Counted from the whole stretch's first letter, positions 38,493 through 52,626 are shown. The stretch: DNA of 63,139 nt, filler included, from Collodictyon triciliatum (GCA_043381765.1; 29 parts of 29 records of this genome joined end to end with filler, not necessarily neighbours in it); one strand, 5' to 3'. Notes: a model not told the origin generated them from the sequence alone. Numbers and translations: made by a program.

Positions 38493-39285
38493 TGAGGTTC
38501 AAACTGAATTGTTCGTCCGAATTATCATGAATATTTTTTTGGCTAGCCGAAATCCCCACCATCTTGCTTGAATTGAAAGGAAGAATAAAAAAAAATAATT
38601 TTTTTTGGCTACAACACCAATGCCAAAGACACTAGAATACCCTGGACAATCACAAGGGGACATATGATGTGGTCCTTATGGAGTGTGCTTGCATTCACTC
38701 GCTCTTATGACTCGACCAAATGAGAAATCAATATATCTAGGTTGGAAATCCTCATGCAATACAGCTTCTTGAACAGCTTGCTGAAAAACACCCGAATTAT
38801 TTGCCCCTTTGACCGCAAGCGAAGAGAGATGTGGGAATGTGTCGTAAAATGTGGCACATCACATATTTAAACCCTGCTGCCCACACAGCCAATCTACCAT
38901 TGGCCCGCCTTATCTCATTCGTTTCTCAGTTTAGTGTGCTATCGACTGTATGACTTTATTCGCCCTTCGTACGGTATGATATTTAGAAAATTAGGTCAAA
39001 TAAAGGGGAAAAGAATGATTTGTGCTCATCAGTTTCTGGTGCTACCTCGAGTTCTGTCGAAAATACCACGCTAAGATAAAAGATACGCATAATTATGCTA
39101 AGAAGGGGCTTGTGTCTTTCTCAATTTTTTCCGTGCATATATTGGTATCTAATTAGAGGGCAGATTCAGAAAGCAGCTTCTTATGNNNNNNNNNNNNNNN
39201 NNNNNNNNNNNNNNNNNNNNNNNNNNNNNTTAATTAATTAANNNNNNNNNNNNNNNNNNNNNNNNNNNNNNNNNNNNNNNNNNNN

Positions 39286-39386
<101 letters not shown>

Positions 39387-39391
39387 CATAC

Positions 39392-40405
39392 ATGAATTCT
39401 TCTTGGACTGGTGCATGAAAGTGTCTCTTCGCAGGATAAACCGCGAGCCCACGTCGCGGGTAAATTCGTTCCACTCTATAAGTGGAATCTTATACCTCAA
39501 CGCCCTTCTCACGTCGATGTAAGTTGATAAAGGAAGAGAATAATCCCTAGATATCATCAAGTGAAAAGAGGGGAATAGCCAGTTAATCAAACAATACATA
39601 GGTATATATATTTTAATGAGCAACCTCGGCTATTTCACATTTCATCTGAATATAAATGAATTTTATCATTTTGTAATTATTATTTTTTGCAAAGACGAAG
39701 AAGATAGGTACTCATATTTCTCTGGCTTTCTCGGTCCATCTGTAAATCCCTGAAAAACAACTGTGCGATTGTACATTCTAGCAAAACATATGGCCATTTG
39801 GAGTGATGTAATCTGGTTGTTGTATTGCCCCACATATCTGTTATAGGACAAATAGTTGCGTCGGCTTTTTGACATCATACCATCGCGGTGCACGGGAATG
39901 CTTCGTGGAGTTAATGAAAAAGAAAAGGATCGAAGCCCCCTTCTGACTCTGTCCTTCTTGTTACGTCCTTTGTCCTATATGTAATTGTCACATATAAAGA
40001 GCTGCACTGAATTATGAAGGAAGCTATGGCTACCATTACAAATTTCTTTGTTGGGCCTGGATTGCCCGAGAAAGTAGCGTTCTCCTCATCCTTCAAGAAA
40101 CCTTCTTTATTCCCTACATGATAAAAAAAAATTAAATGAAAACATACATAGAACCCATAAATATATCTAAATAAAAAAAAAACTATATTCCACTCGCTAT
40201 TCGTAATTAATTAACAGATAGAAAATCACATACCCGAGATTAAATAATGATCATAAATTGTTGCGATCATAAGTAATATGATTTACGATTATAATTTTTA
40301 ATACTAATTTCACATACCATTCAAACTTTTAGCAGATGATTCAAAACAGGGCAAGGAGAACAAGAGCAGAAATAGAACCACCAGTAATACAGAGCTTGTT
40401 TTCAT
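39392..40405 (-). CDS. Secretory O-fucosyltransferase-family glycosyltransferase (POFUT1/2-like, GT-B), 3' partial
   Basis: Signal/anchor exon MKTSSVLLVVLFLLLFSLPCF, spliced to NYLSY...GQYNNQITSLQMAICFARMYNRTVV and PLSTYIDV, matching the O-FucT G-x-x-N-Q...A..LNRTLV pattern. Confidence 0.75.
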
Positions 40406-41265
40406 GACTGTGCAAAGTTGAGGGAGACTTTATCTTATGACTTCCTGATGGAGACCACAGGTAGCGAAGTGAAATAATGATAAAAACAAAAGGAAAAGGT
40501 AAGAAAAGGAAAAACCAATGGAATAAGAGAAGAAGAAAAAAGAGACAAGAGAGGGGATGAAACAACGAAAAGACAATAAATCAAAAGAGAAAGGAGAAAG
40601 GAAAAATAAAGGGATCGAAGAAGAAAAGAGAAAACAGAAAAAGTCAAAAAGTCAAAAGAGAAAAGAGAAAGGAAAAATAAAAGGATCGAAGAAGAAAAGA
40701 GAAAACAGAAAAAGTCAAAAAGTCAAAAAGTCAAAAGAGAAAAGAGAAAGGAAAAATAAAGGGATTGAAAACAGAAAACAGAAAAGGAGAAAGGGAAATG
40801 GAAAAATAAAAGGGAATATGAGAGAAGAAGAAAAAAAAAAGAAAAAGAAAAAAGTTTACAAATAATAAAAGCAACATAGTAGATATGTTAAAAAAAAAAA
40901 TAAAGGGAAAGAGAGGAGAGAAAAAGCCAAGATCAGGCGCAAAGAAAATCGGGGTTTTTCCCATTGCCAAAGCGGGCTGTGGCGTCGTGTTTGATTGGGC
41001 TTGTGTTTGTGCTGGAATTTGAGAGAAAAGAATCCAGTCGGGGGCTGTGCAATCCAAAGGCTTTGGCAACACCCGGATAAGAACTGGTATATATAGATGA
41101 AGCTTCTAGAAAACCAACGGGATAATAGTCTTGAAATTTTAATAATTTTTTTTTAAAGAAAAAGACATACAACACAAAATGAAGATAAGGCAAGTTGGGA
41201 ATGGATGAAGAGAATATGAAAAAAAAATATATAATATGATAAAAAGACAATAAAAACAAGATAGG

Positions 41266-41365
<100 letters not shown>

Positions 41366-41989
41366 NNNNNNNNNNNNNNNNNNNNNNNNNNNNNNNNNNN
41401 NNNNNNNNNTTAATTAATTAANNNNNNNNNNNNNNNNNNNNNNNNNNNNNNNNNNNNNNNNNNNNTTTTGTTTGCCGTGTGAATAAAATAGTAAAAAAAA
41501 AAAAAAAAAAATCGATGGCCAAGCGGCCAGCCTTTTTTTTCTCACCAAAATTAATTTACTGTAAAAAGATTACATACATCGATGAATCGATCACTCATTT
41601 GACATCTTTGAAGTCGCTTTCTCTTGTTCACAATGAGGTATTACCGTAATGGTATCCTGAATGCTTTGTGCCCGTTTAGATTCATACACCAATAGAAAAG
41701 GTCTTAGATTTAATGTATTATAATAGAAAAGATGCAATCCTAATAATAGTAAATTTTGACAGCTGACCTGCATTCCTGAGTTTCTCGAGAAAATCACATG
41801 CTTGACGTCTCTACTTTTGCAAAGGAATCAAGTGGTTTTCATTAAAATGTCTTTCCTGTTCTATATTCCTTTTTCTTTTTTTTTAATAAAAAAAAACTTT
41901 TGCACCTAACATACCTATTTCATTCCTCATTATAATGTGTGCACACCTCTTGGTTTCTAAAGGCAAAATTCTGATATCCATTACATAGA

Positions 41990-43429
<1,440 letters not shown>

Positions 43430-45825
43430 ATCTTTTCCTGCTCATACGCAAAGCCGTCGTTTGCTTTGTTCTCGACTTGTATTTGGGGCTTCTTTACTCC
43501 TTTACTCTATTCCTCGATTTTACTTTTTTTTTTTTTTTTTTTTTNNNNNNNNNNNNNNNNNNNNNNNNNNNNNNNNNNNNNNNNNNNNTTAATTAATTAA
43601 NNNNNNNNNNNNNNNNNNNNNNNNNNNNNNNNNNNNNNNNNNNNCAAAAAACAAGAAACAAAAAAACAGAAATTTACGCATAATTTTTAATTAGTTTTTG
43701 ATTTTGAGCTTTCTATAATTTACTTTCTTTTTCTACCCTGTCTTAATACTATTGAAAGGATGTGGCAATAACACCATCAAAACAAATCCCCATTAAATAT
43801 TCTCGAGATAGCCGTAGGCCAAACAGCGTAGATAAAAGTGTATTAATGGCTAAAGGGTTTGTTTTAATATGATTTTTATAGACCTCGAAGTATTATAATT
43901 AAGAAAAATAGTGCGATTTATAAGCTATTTTCACATTCATTAATCATTTAGAATTATTCTATCAAACCCCCCGGCATCTCCTATCAAAAAAGAGTAAGCA
44001 TGAATTGACAGTCTCTTTATTATACTTAGTTTTGTTTCCAGAAGCACATCTTTCAACTATATATATAATACTAGTAATGATAAATATCAAATATGTCAAC
44101 GTAATCCTGTAGACCACGTCATCAGTTCCTTACATATTGCTCTACATAGTCGATACAATAGAGAACGTCCTACCTCGACTTCTGTTGCAGTACGCCCAAG
44201 GGTTCGTGTTATTCAAAATGGACACGTTCTCTAGCATCATACTTTTTTATAATAATTTGTAATACTCATATATACATTTATTTCACAATTCTATCAAATT
44301 CCTTTGAGTTGTATTTGCTGAAACGCACGAATTTCAAAACAATAAAATGTGATTAGCAATACAATTTAAAGAATCGAACTCCCTGGATTAGGTCTTCTCT
44401 TTGATTGGGAACTCTGTCAATGTAAGATAAGGTGCCCAACGGCGGACAAACTGTTCTAATAGATGGTGATGCTCGGGTTGATATGTGTATTTTTCGGTTA
44501 TTGTTATTTTAAAAGGGTGTCTATATCTACCTGAAAAGTTATTTTTTTTTGGGAAAACTGCCTGTCCTCGTCCGTCCTTCAAAATCATAATCTGACATTA
44601 ATTTTTCAGATATCTTGCCATTATCTCATGAAATAAAATTTATTTTTTCAGTCAGCAACAAGTGAATAAATCAAGCACTCACACAAAGCCTTCACCTACA
44701 GTTATTTTCCTCTCTTTTGCTACCTTCTTGGATTGGCAAAATATCGATGTATTGAGCCAGAAGATAGACCGATTGAAGTGCGTTGGATAAGCAGCAGATG
44801 GGTTGAGTTTAAGTCTGACTGGTAGGCAAACGACGCCAGCAGAAATAAGTTGGTGGAAGCGACCATATCTGAATGAGCCCACGAGGTTGGATTGCTGCAT
44901 GTTATGTTACTATTGTCAGATATTGTTTTAAATATAATACGAGACTCACAAAGTACCATTCATCGCAACATCACATAATCAAGCTGATGAAATCCGGTTG
45001 GTATGAAAAGAAGGCTCCAACATCTTGGGTGATTGCAAGGGTATCCCGATTTATTCGAAAAAAAGAGGTTCGGTGCCGACTCCGTCTCTTTTTACTGGCT
45101 GTTGTCAGCGAAGCGACATGTTTGATGGTAATACCCGATTATTCGCCCATGTCATCCGCAACACTTTATTGGTTTTAGAGTCGGTGGTGGGTTTGCCGGA
45201 ATTGAATGTCATGCAAGAATCCTACAAATGCTATTTTTTTACGTGAATGGTGTCTCTTTTTTCCCTTTTTCTTCTTTCTTTTTCTCTATTGGTGCGAATA
45301 AGTTTCTTGTTCGATGGAACTCGTTTTGTGTTGGAAGGAAAAGTCTAGATGTCAGCATCTTTGGGATATCTGCAAGAAGGATTATTTTGCCAATCCCAAA
45401 CAGAAAAGAGTCTTTTTCTTCCTCCTTAAAAAAAAAAGAAAAAAAAAGGACTTTTTTACTCATGATTCTGCAGAAGGTTTCATTCGCTTGCATTTGATTG
45501 GAAAGAATACGCCTTTTACAGGGATACAATACATCTTGCAGCTCTGTCCAAACTCAGCCGTTCAATAAATATGCAGCTTTCTGAAGCCATGTCTAACAAA
45601 TGAATATAACTATAGGCGGGATAGGAGGGCGCAGACTTGTAAAAGTAGCTTCATTTCTTCCCCTTTTCTCCTGTTGATATGAGAGTCCGAGGTTGCAATC
45701 AGGATTCACCGATAAAAAAGTCANNNNNNNNNNNNNNNNNNNNNNNNNNNNNNNNNNNNNNNNNNNNTTAATTAATTAANNNNNNNNNNNNNNNNNNNNN
45801 NNNNNNNNNNNNNNNNNNNNNNNAA

Positions 45826-45984
45826 CGGGAATCTCTAAACGAAATAACAAACCTCGATCAGAAACTCTTTGATGAAGTCTTTGATTTTGCTACAGCAGAC
45901 CCCTATTGTTTTCTCTACGTTAATTTAATGGTTCCTCGTAGAATCAAGGCCTATAAAAACTTTACGGAAGAAATCCTTTATTAA
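45826..45984 (+). CDS. C-terminus of an A32-like (FtsK-HerA) DNA-packaging ATPase, 5' partial
   Basis: RESLNEITNLDQKLFDEVFDFATADPYCFLYVNLMVPRRIKAYKNFTEEILY*, resembling the 'F..T..PY.FLY.N...Y.KNF' tail of PLV/virophage ATPases; not in the supplied ORF track. Confidence 0.7.
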   Translation, partial: RESLNEITNLDQKLFDEVFDFATADPYCFLYVNLMVPRRIKAYKNFTEEILY

Positions 45985-46000
45985 TATCTAGTCTTAATAT

Positions 46001-46165
46001 ATGTTACGACTATATACTCCTAATTCTAGACAACACGTATTTTTGACTTTTGAGGAGGCCCAGCAGTTTCTTGACTCGCTCTTTACAAAAAAGAATAGGG
46101 TAGACAAGAAAAGAAAATCTCTTTACTCTATTCTTCGTGGCCCTGTTACAGTTGTTTTTGATTAA
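46001..46165 (+). CDS. Small hypothetical viral-type protein (54 aa)
   Basis: MLRLYTPNSRQHVFLTFEEAQQFLDSLFTKKNRVDKKRKSLYSILRGPVTVVFD*; starts 16 nt after the ATPase stop. Confidence 0.5.
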   Translation: MLRLYTPNSRQHVFLTFEEAQQFLDSLFTKKNRVDKKRKSLYSILRGPVTVVFD

Positions 46166-46170
46166 AAGAT

Positions 46171-46369
46171 GGACCAAGTCCAAGGGATCAAGTCCTTTTG
46201 AAACTTTTTAAAATTCTGGACCTTCGGCCTTTTTCAAAAAAAAGGGGAAGGTCGGTATGAATAGTTTATTTTTATACTTGGACTAGTAAGGATGTCCGGG
46301 ACTTGATCCGTTGATAATGAGACTGAGAGGAGTAAGGAAAGAATGGAAAAGGATCAAGTGGTTCAAGTC
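46171..46369. promoter_or_regulatory. Direct/inverted repeat cluster (GG(A/T)(T/C)CAAGT) with central hairpin upstream of the replicase; candidate origin or regulatory region
   Basis: GGACCAAGTCC at 46171, GGATCAAGTCC at 46185, its exact reverse complement GGACTTGATCC at 46299, GGATCAAGT at 46351 and GGTTCAAGTC at 46360; GACCTTC..CCTTTTT / AAAAAGG..GAAGGTC hairpin at about 46219-46253. Confidence 0.45.
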
Positions 46370-46428
46370 AAAAAAATAAATGCCCACTTAAAAACATTTG
46401 TCTATGAGTAAGTAAGAACAAAAGAAAA

Positions 46429-47901
46429 ATGGAACTCATTGAATCAATCGACCCCGTTATCATCGACAAACTTCTGCAACAATCAGCAGAAAAAGTAGAC
46501 AAAAAGACAAAGGGAAAGCTAAGTGCAATTAAACAGCAATTAGTGGATGGGCAACTGAAAGTAAAATACGATTACTCAAAGCACTGCAGAAAAATGAAAG
46601 TTGGACGATTCTATCCAACGAGTGGTTCTTTGAGAATATTGGATAAGCCCATTCGTAATTATCTGATGAAGGATAAATATGCTAGTCTTGATATTGTTAA
46701 TTGCCATTATGCTCTGTCTTTAGAACTGGCAAAAAAATGGGACACACCTCATGAAGCTATTGAGGAGTATGTCAAGAACCGTGACAGTATAATTGAAAGG
46801 ACAATGGAGTTAACACAAAAGACTCGCAAAGAAGTTAAGAAGCTTTACCTGTCTCTGGCTTTCAGTGGCAAAGTCAAACCAATTGACCAGTTTGCTACTC
46901 AACTGCAATCAGATATGAACATACTCGCAGCTATGGCATATAGCAAATATCCGGAATGGCACAATCTTAAACTCCGTGAGTCAGACGAATGTTTAGCTGA
47001 TCACGACAATCGCATTTATAGTTTGTTGGCATATTTGCTTCAAACAGAAGAAACTAAAATAATGCAGAAAGTGATTGATGTCTTGGGTGAATGTGCGGTT
47101 GATGTTGGAATGTATAATTTTGATGTGTTGTTTATTGATAAAGCTCAATACGAAACCGGTGGAGAAATAGAGGGAAAAACCAAGGGCTTGACGATTTATA
47201 TTGAAAAGGAGACAGGGTATAAGATAGAATTTAGCTATGAACCTATTGAATCAACTTTTGAGCCTGATGAAGTTGCTACAACAGTTCCAATTGCAGAATT
47301 TGCAAAGACTCATTTTATGTTACGCGGTGACTTGTTTGTTGAGTATCCGGATGAACCCACTCGCAAACCCGAACATATTAAGTCTGCTTCATCTTACTGT
47401 GCGAGATTTGGTAAAAACTACTGGCAACAAGTACAAGCAACTATTCCGTGGGATAGATGTTATATGTACTTTGATTTTTTGCCGTATGACGGATTTACAA
47501 ACAAGTACAACCCAAAGGCCTATAACAATTTTACGGGCTTCAAATTTGAAGAGTACTTTCCTGAATTCAATGGATTGCAGTTGAAAGATTGGATTGGGTA
47601 CTGCAGACGCATAGGCGGTTCTGTAACAACTGAAGACTACACTGTCTGGAAAAATAGCATGACATATAAACAATTGTCAAAGTATCTCTGTGCTAGTAAT
47701 GCTGTGTCAGAGAAATATGTCATTCAATACCTAGCGAGAATTCTGTATCAACCCAATTATCGCATTGGCAAAATGATGATATTCAGAAACAACAGAGGAG
47801 GGACAGGCAAGACTGCTTTCTTTCATAAACTGTTTGTCCAGCAAATCATTGGAAAGCAATACGGCAGCACACACTCAAGTCTGTCTGAAATATTTGGAGA
47901 C
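46429..47901 (+). CDS. TVpol (family A-like DNA polymerase/primase) fused to a D5-like SF3 helicase, 3' partial
   Basis: GRFY...SL...IRNYL, motif A SLDIVNCH, motif B RKEVKKLYLSLAFSG, YLLQTEE and motif C YNFDVL; then YNNFTGF, YVIQYLARILYQP and Walker A GGTGKT. Confidence 0.82.
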
Positions 47902-48603
47902 NNNNNNNNNNNNNNNNNNNNNNNNNNNNNNNNNNNNNNNNNNNNTTAATTAATTAANNNNNNNNNNNNNNNNNNNNNNNNNNNNNNNNNNNNNNNNNNN
48001 NAAACAAACAAACAAACAAACAAACAAACAAACAAACAAACAAACAAACAAACAAACAAACAAACAAACAAACAAACAAATAAACAAACAAACAAACAAA
48101 TAAACAAACAAACAAATAAACAAATAAACAAATAAATAAATAAATAAATAAATAAATAAACAAACAAACAAAGAAATATATATTTTTTTCTACATACACC
48201 ATATTTTCCCCACGATTTGCGGTTATCCCAATGAATCTGGCAAACAAATGGAGTGGCAGCACGCCCGCGGAGTAGAGAGGGAACATTTTCCTTTATTCGA
48301 TTCAAAGGAGTAGAGAGGGAACATAAAAAAGCCACGTAGCAGTGTGGCCCATGCCAAGAATTGAGAATCCGCCATGAAGCCCAGAGGATGTGATGTTTCC
48401 GGCGACACATACACATATACATACACATACACATACGCATATAAATACAAATGCACATACACAAAGGTACAGACCCGCTCTGTTGTTGCGTGTTTGTTTG
48501 ATTGCTCGTTCCTCAGGTGTTTCCTTTTGTTCGCAAGGAAAGGCCAACAAAGCTGTCCGTGTGTGTGTTGGCGTGCGCGTGACAGGCCAGAGAGCAGAGA
48601 ATA

Positions 48604-50010
48604 ATGAGTCTGGTCTCTTTTGGCCGCCAATGCTCATACGAGCCACCCCACCCAATTCCGCTGTCAAACTCACCCTCCCCGATTGATCCTGAATACCACC
48701 CCAAGAGCGAGAAGCGCTTTCTTTCGTGCCCAGACATTGCTAGACACAAAGTTATCTTGTTGGGAGACTCGGCCTCTGGGAAGTCGTCTATTCTGTCTCG
48801 ATTCACGCGCGATGTCTTCGACGAGAAGTACCAGGTTGCAGACGCTTACGCCAACGACTGCTTATTATTATTATAATTATTATTATTATTCTTATTATTA
48901 TTCTTATTATTATTCTTATTATTATTCTTATTCTTATTATTATTATTCTTATTCTTATTATTATTATTCTTATTCTTATTATTATTATTCTTATTATTAT
49001 TCTTATTATTATTCTTATTATTATTATTCTTATTATTATTAGTATTAGTAATATTATTACGATGTTGTACGATACATTACGGTATGAATGAACATGCTTT
49101 CTATATCGCTAATTTTTTTGGTTTGTTTTTTTTTTTACAAAAAAGTTACTTTATAATAACATGATTTAATGGTTTTATCTATGATGTGAACGTGTTTTAA
49201 AAAATCGAGTTAGATAGTTTTTTTTTCTATGGGATATTCTAGTATCACTTACTTCTCCTTCAGACAACAATAGGTATGGATTTTCAAAGCAGAGTTATAT
49301 ATACAGAGAACAAGACTCTTGCACTCCAGCTCTGGGATACAGCAGGCCAGGTACAACTTGATTTTTAGATTAATGTCACACTGAATAGGATTTGAGAAGA
49401 GGATACAATCAAGTGCAGATATAATGACCGTCGAAAGACATGAATATAGAAGAGTCCTTTTCGTTTTAAGTGTTTTACAGAAAGATACATCAATTTTATT
49501 TTATTTTCTTATCTTTTCTTTGATTCTTATTTTGACTACTCACAATAGCGCACTAAATCAACTTCATTCATATATTATCATTTAGGAGAGGTACAACTCA
49601 CTGATACCAAAATACTTGAGGGACTGCTCTCTCGCCATTATTGTATTTGACATAACAAACCGAATCTCATTCGTGAATACAAACAAGTGGTTTGAGATGA
49701 TAAGAGCAGAGTCTGGACATCCTACTCCTATCGTACTGGTGGGTAATAAGCACGACCTGGAGTACAGGTGAATCTTTGCTTAATTTCATTGACGCCGTTA
49801 GGTAAGAGACTGACTTTCTATCCGTTCAATCTGGTTTCTGTGCGGGGCAAAGCCGGAGAGTTTCTTTCGAAGAAGGAAGCAATAGAGCATCAGAGTTGAA
49901 AGCATCTTATGTTGAGACCAGTGCTATGTCCGGCTACAATATTGACGACCTATTCAATCAAGTTGTCTCCAACGCACTGATTAGCCAGTATGCGCCTGAA
50001 AAGACATCGG
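48604..50010 (+). CDS. RAB6: Rab GTPase, Rab6-like, with N-terminal extension; 3' partial
   Basis: [14 protein letters not shown]...[13 protein letters not shown]...[22 protein letters not shown]...LVGNKHDL...ETSA. Confidence 0.85.
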
Positions 50011-50048
50011 GTATGCAAACCACTGTAAAAAAATATTAATATTTTTTC

Positions 50049-50080
<32 letters not shown>

Positions 50081-50180
50081 NNNNNNNNNNNNNNNNNNNN
50101 NNNNNNNNNNNNNNNNNNNNNNNNTTAATTAATTAANNNNNNNNNNNNNNNNNNNNNNNNNNNNNNNNNNNNNNNNNNNN

Positions 50181-51900
50181 GAGTAGAATGATGGCCTGCA
50201 AAACGAATTTAAATGGATATTATCGGCAAATCAATGCACACACCAATGAATTTGAACAGTGCAAAAGAAAAAAGAGAAAAGAGAAAAAGAAAAAAGAAAG
50301 AAAAAAGAAAGAAAAAAGAAAGAAAAAAGAAAGAAAAAAGAAAGAAAAAAGAAAGAAAAAAGAAAGAAAAAAGAAAGAAAAAAGCAATCGATTAGGTAAT
50401 CAAGATGAACTAACTTGTGGGTTAAATTTGACCAATTCGCTGAGGAGATCAAAATTAGCTTGTGTATCGTCACCGCCCAACCCGCCGCTGCCGAGAATAG
50501 ATTTGACAACATACTGAGGGGACATGGCAAATAATATCAATTGATAGCCCGAGAAAAGTCACAGAACTGCACAAAAATAACATAATTTTACATATTTAAT
50601 CTAAAAAAATGATTATTAATGTTAACATTTAAAAGTCCCGTCTTAACAAGAAATATTTGGTATTCCGGCCTCGAGCCCCTCAAGAACCCCTCTAAACACG
50701 AAGAAAGCCAATAGCTACAATAAAAAAAAGAGAAAAAAAAAAGGGGGAAATAGTTATGGAATAAGTGAATGACTGAATAGCGATGATGTTTATATCTAAT
50801 AAATAGAAACGACTTCTTCCATTTATTCTATATAATTATGATAGCTTTACTTATATATTGAGCCACTCTTTTGACTCATTAGTATTCTAGCTACGCCATG
50901 AACCTGATAAATGAAAGATAGAAATTTTGATTCGTGGTCTAAAACGAGTACTACAGATGAGGATATACAAGTCCATAATCGCCTGTACATCCAAATTTGA
51001 CGTGGTCAGACGATGCACGAACTAGAAGCAAAAGCGAATCAGTTAAGCATCGAAATACAAAGATACAAAGTAGAGAGATCTAATGTATGTCAGATACGAT
51101 TCCATTAACATGATGTGCATTACTATCCATCTCCTTCAATTCAGAGATAGTGAAGAGAAGCTGCTTGTTTCTTCCTCTGGACAAATCGCGGTCACAGAAG
51201 TTATGAATTAGTCTCAAAAATTGTGTTGACAATACAGACTCCGGATTACAATCGCAACTATATAGTTTTGGTACCGCGTATCATAAACACGAATATTAGT
51301 ATCCCAAAATTGTGAGGATGTGACCACATTGACAGAGACGTCACCCAAACTTTATGGACGGAGGAGCAAGATCAAAATATAATAAATGGCCGTGGGCGAA
51401 ACCTTGAGCCGTGAAGCCTCTGCGATGTAAATTATTCTTAATATATCAAAACCATACGAAGTCAGTGTTTCTGCTTTGTTTTTTTGTCTTCAATACATGT
51501 AATTGAATAAATGGTAATTTACCAACGGAGTATGGCCTTCGTGAGAGTGATTCCACTTTAAGCAGGACAGTATTTTTTGTAGCTTTGGTATAAGACATAA
51601 TTCTACGAAACGGGCCTTGTGCACGATGAAAAAATTCTTTAGTTGGTGAGTGTAAATTGTTATGACAGGCAAAATAGCCACAACATCTGGTTACTGGATA
51701 TTAACAGACGATATGCTAAAGATAAGCTTAAATGAATTATTATTTTTTCCCTATGACAGCCTTAGCTATTAGTACCAATGCCAACAATCTAAAGAATTTG
51801 GACAGTAAGAAATATAATCTATCAGAGAGGCTGGTACCTGAACATCACCAGTCCTTTTGCTTGAGAGCATTATAGATGTTGTAAATAGACAATCGACCTG
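50181..51900 (-). CDS. TRPC4AP: TRPC4AP/TRUSS homolog, central exons
   Basis: LRLIHNFCDRD...NKQLLF; YWLSSCLEGFLRG...QIFLVKTGLL; QANFDLLSELVKFNP (compare recalled FWQARAVESFLRG and QSYFDLLGELMKFN). Confidence 0.82.
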
Positions 51901-52137
51901 AATTTGATTAATTAGAAGCTATATACATATTTTGGAATGTATATTCAACGATGATATATTGTTTTCAAAATTATCTTTTATACGGTCCCATATAGTCAAA
52001 ACAACAAAAACAACAAAAACAACAAAAACAACAAAAACAACAAAAACAACAAAAACAACAAAAAACAAAGAAACAAAAACAAATTGAAGAGTCTTTCAAA
52101 TAAATTATGAAGTCAAGTCATAACACAAGAAACAAAT

Positions 52138-52169
<32 letters not shown>

Positions 52170-52626
52170 GAAAAAGAAAAAGAAAAAAGAAAAAGAAAAA
52201 AGAAAAAGAAAAAAGAAAAAGAAAAAAGAAAAAGAAAAAAGAAAAAGAAAAAAGAAANNNNNNNNNNNNNNNNNNNNNNNNNNNNNNNNNNNNNNNNNNN
52301 NTTAATTAATTAANNNNNNNNNNNNNNNNNNNNNNNNNNNNNNNNNNNNNNNNNNNNAAAAAAAAAAAAAAAAAGAAGAAACGATAAAGTAGAAAGTGAG
52401 AAGAGTATTATATTGAAGAAAAAAAAGAGAATAGAAGAATAGAAGAATAGAAGAATAGAAGAATAGAAGAATAGAAGAATAGAAGAATAGAAGAATAGAA
52501 GAATAGAAGAATAGAAGAATAGAAGGAAAAAGAATAGAAGAATAGAAGAATAGAAGAATAGAAGAATAGAAGAATAGAAGGAAAAAGGAAAAAGGAAAAA
52601 GGAAAAAGGAAAAAGGAAAAATACAT

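Larger units (their letters stand above)
45824..47901 (+). mobile_element. Polinton-like virus / virophage-like element fragment
   Basis: Compact, intronless, co-oriented ORFs (A32-like ATPase end, small ORF, TVpol-SF3 helicase) with no microsatellites, unlike the host contigs. Confidence 0.78.
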
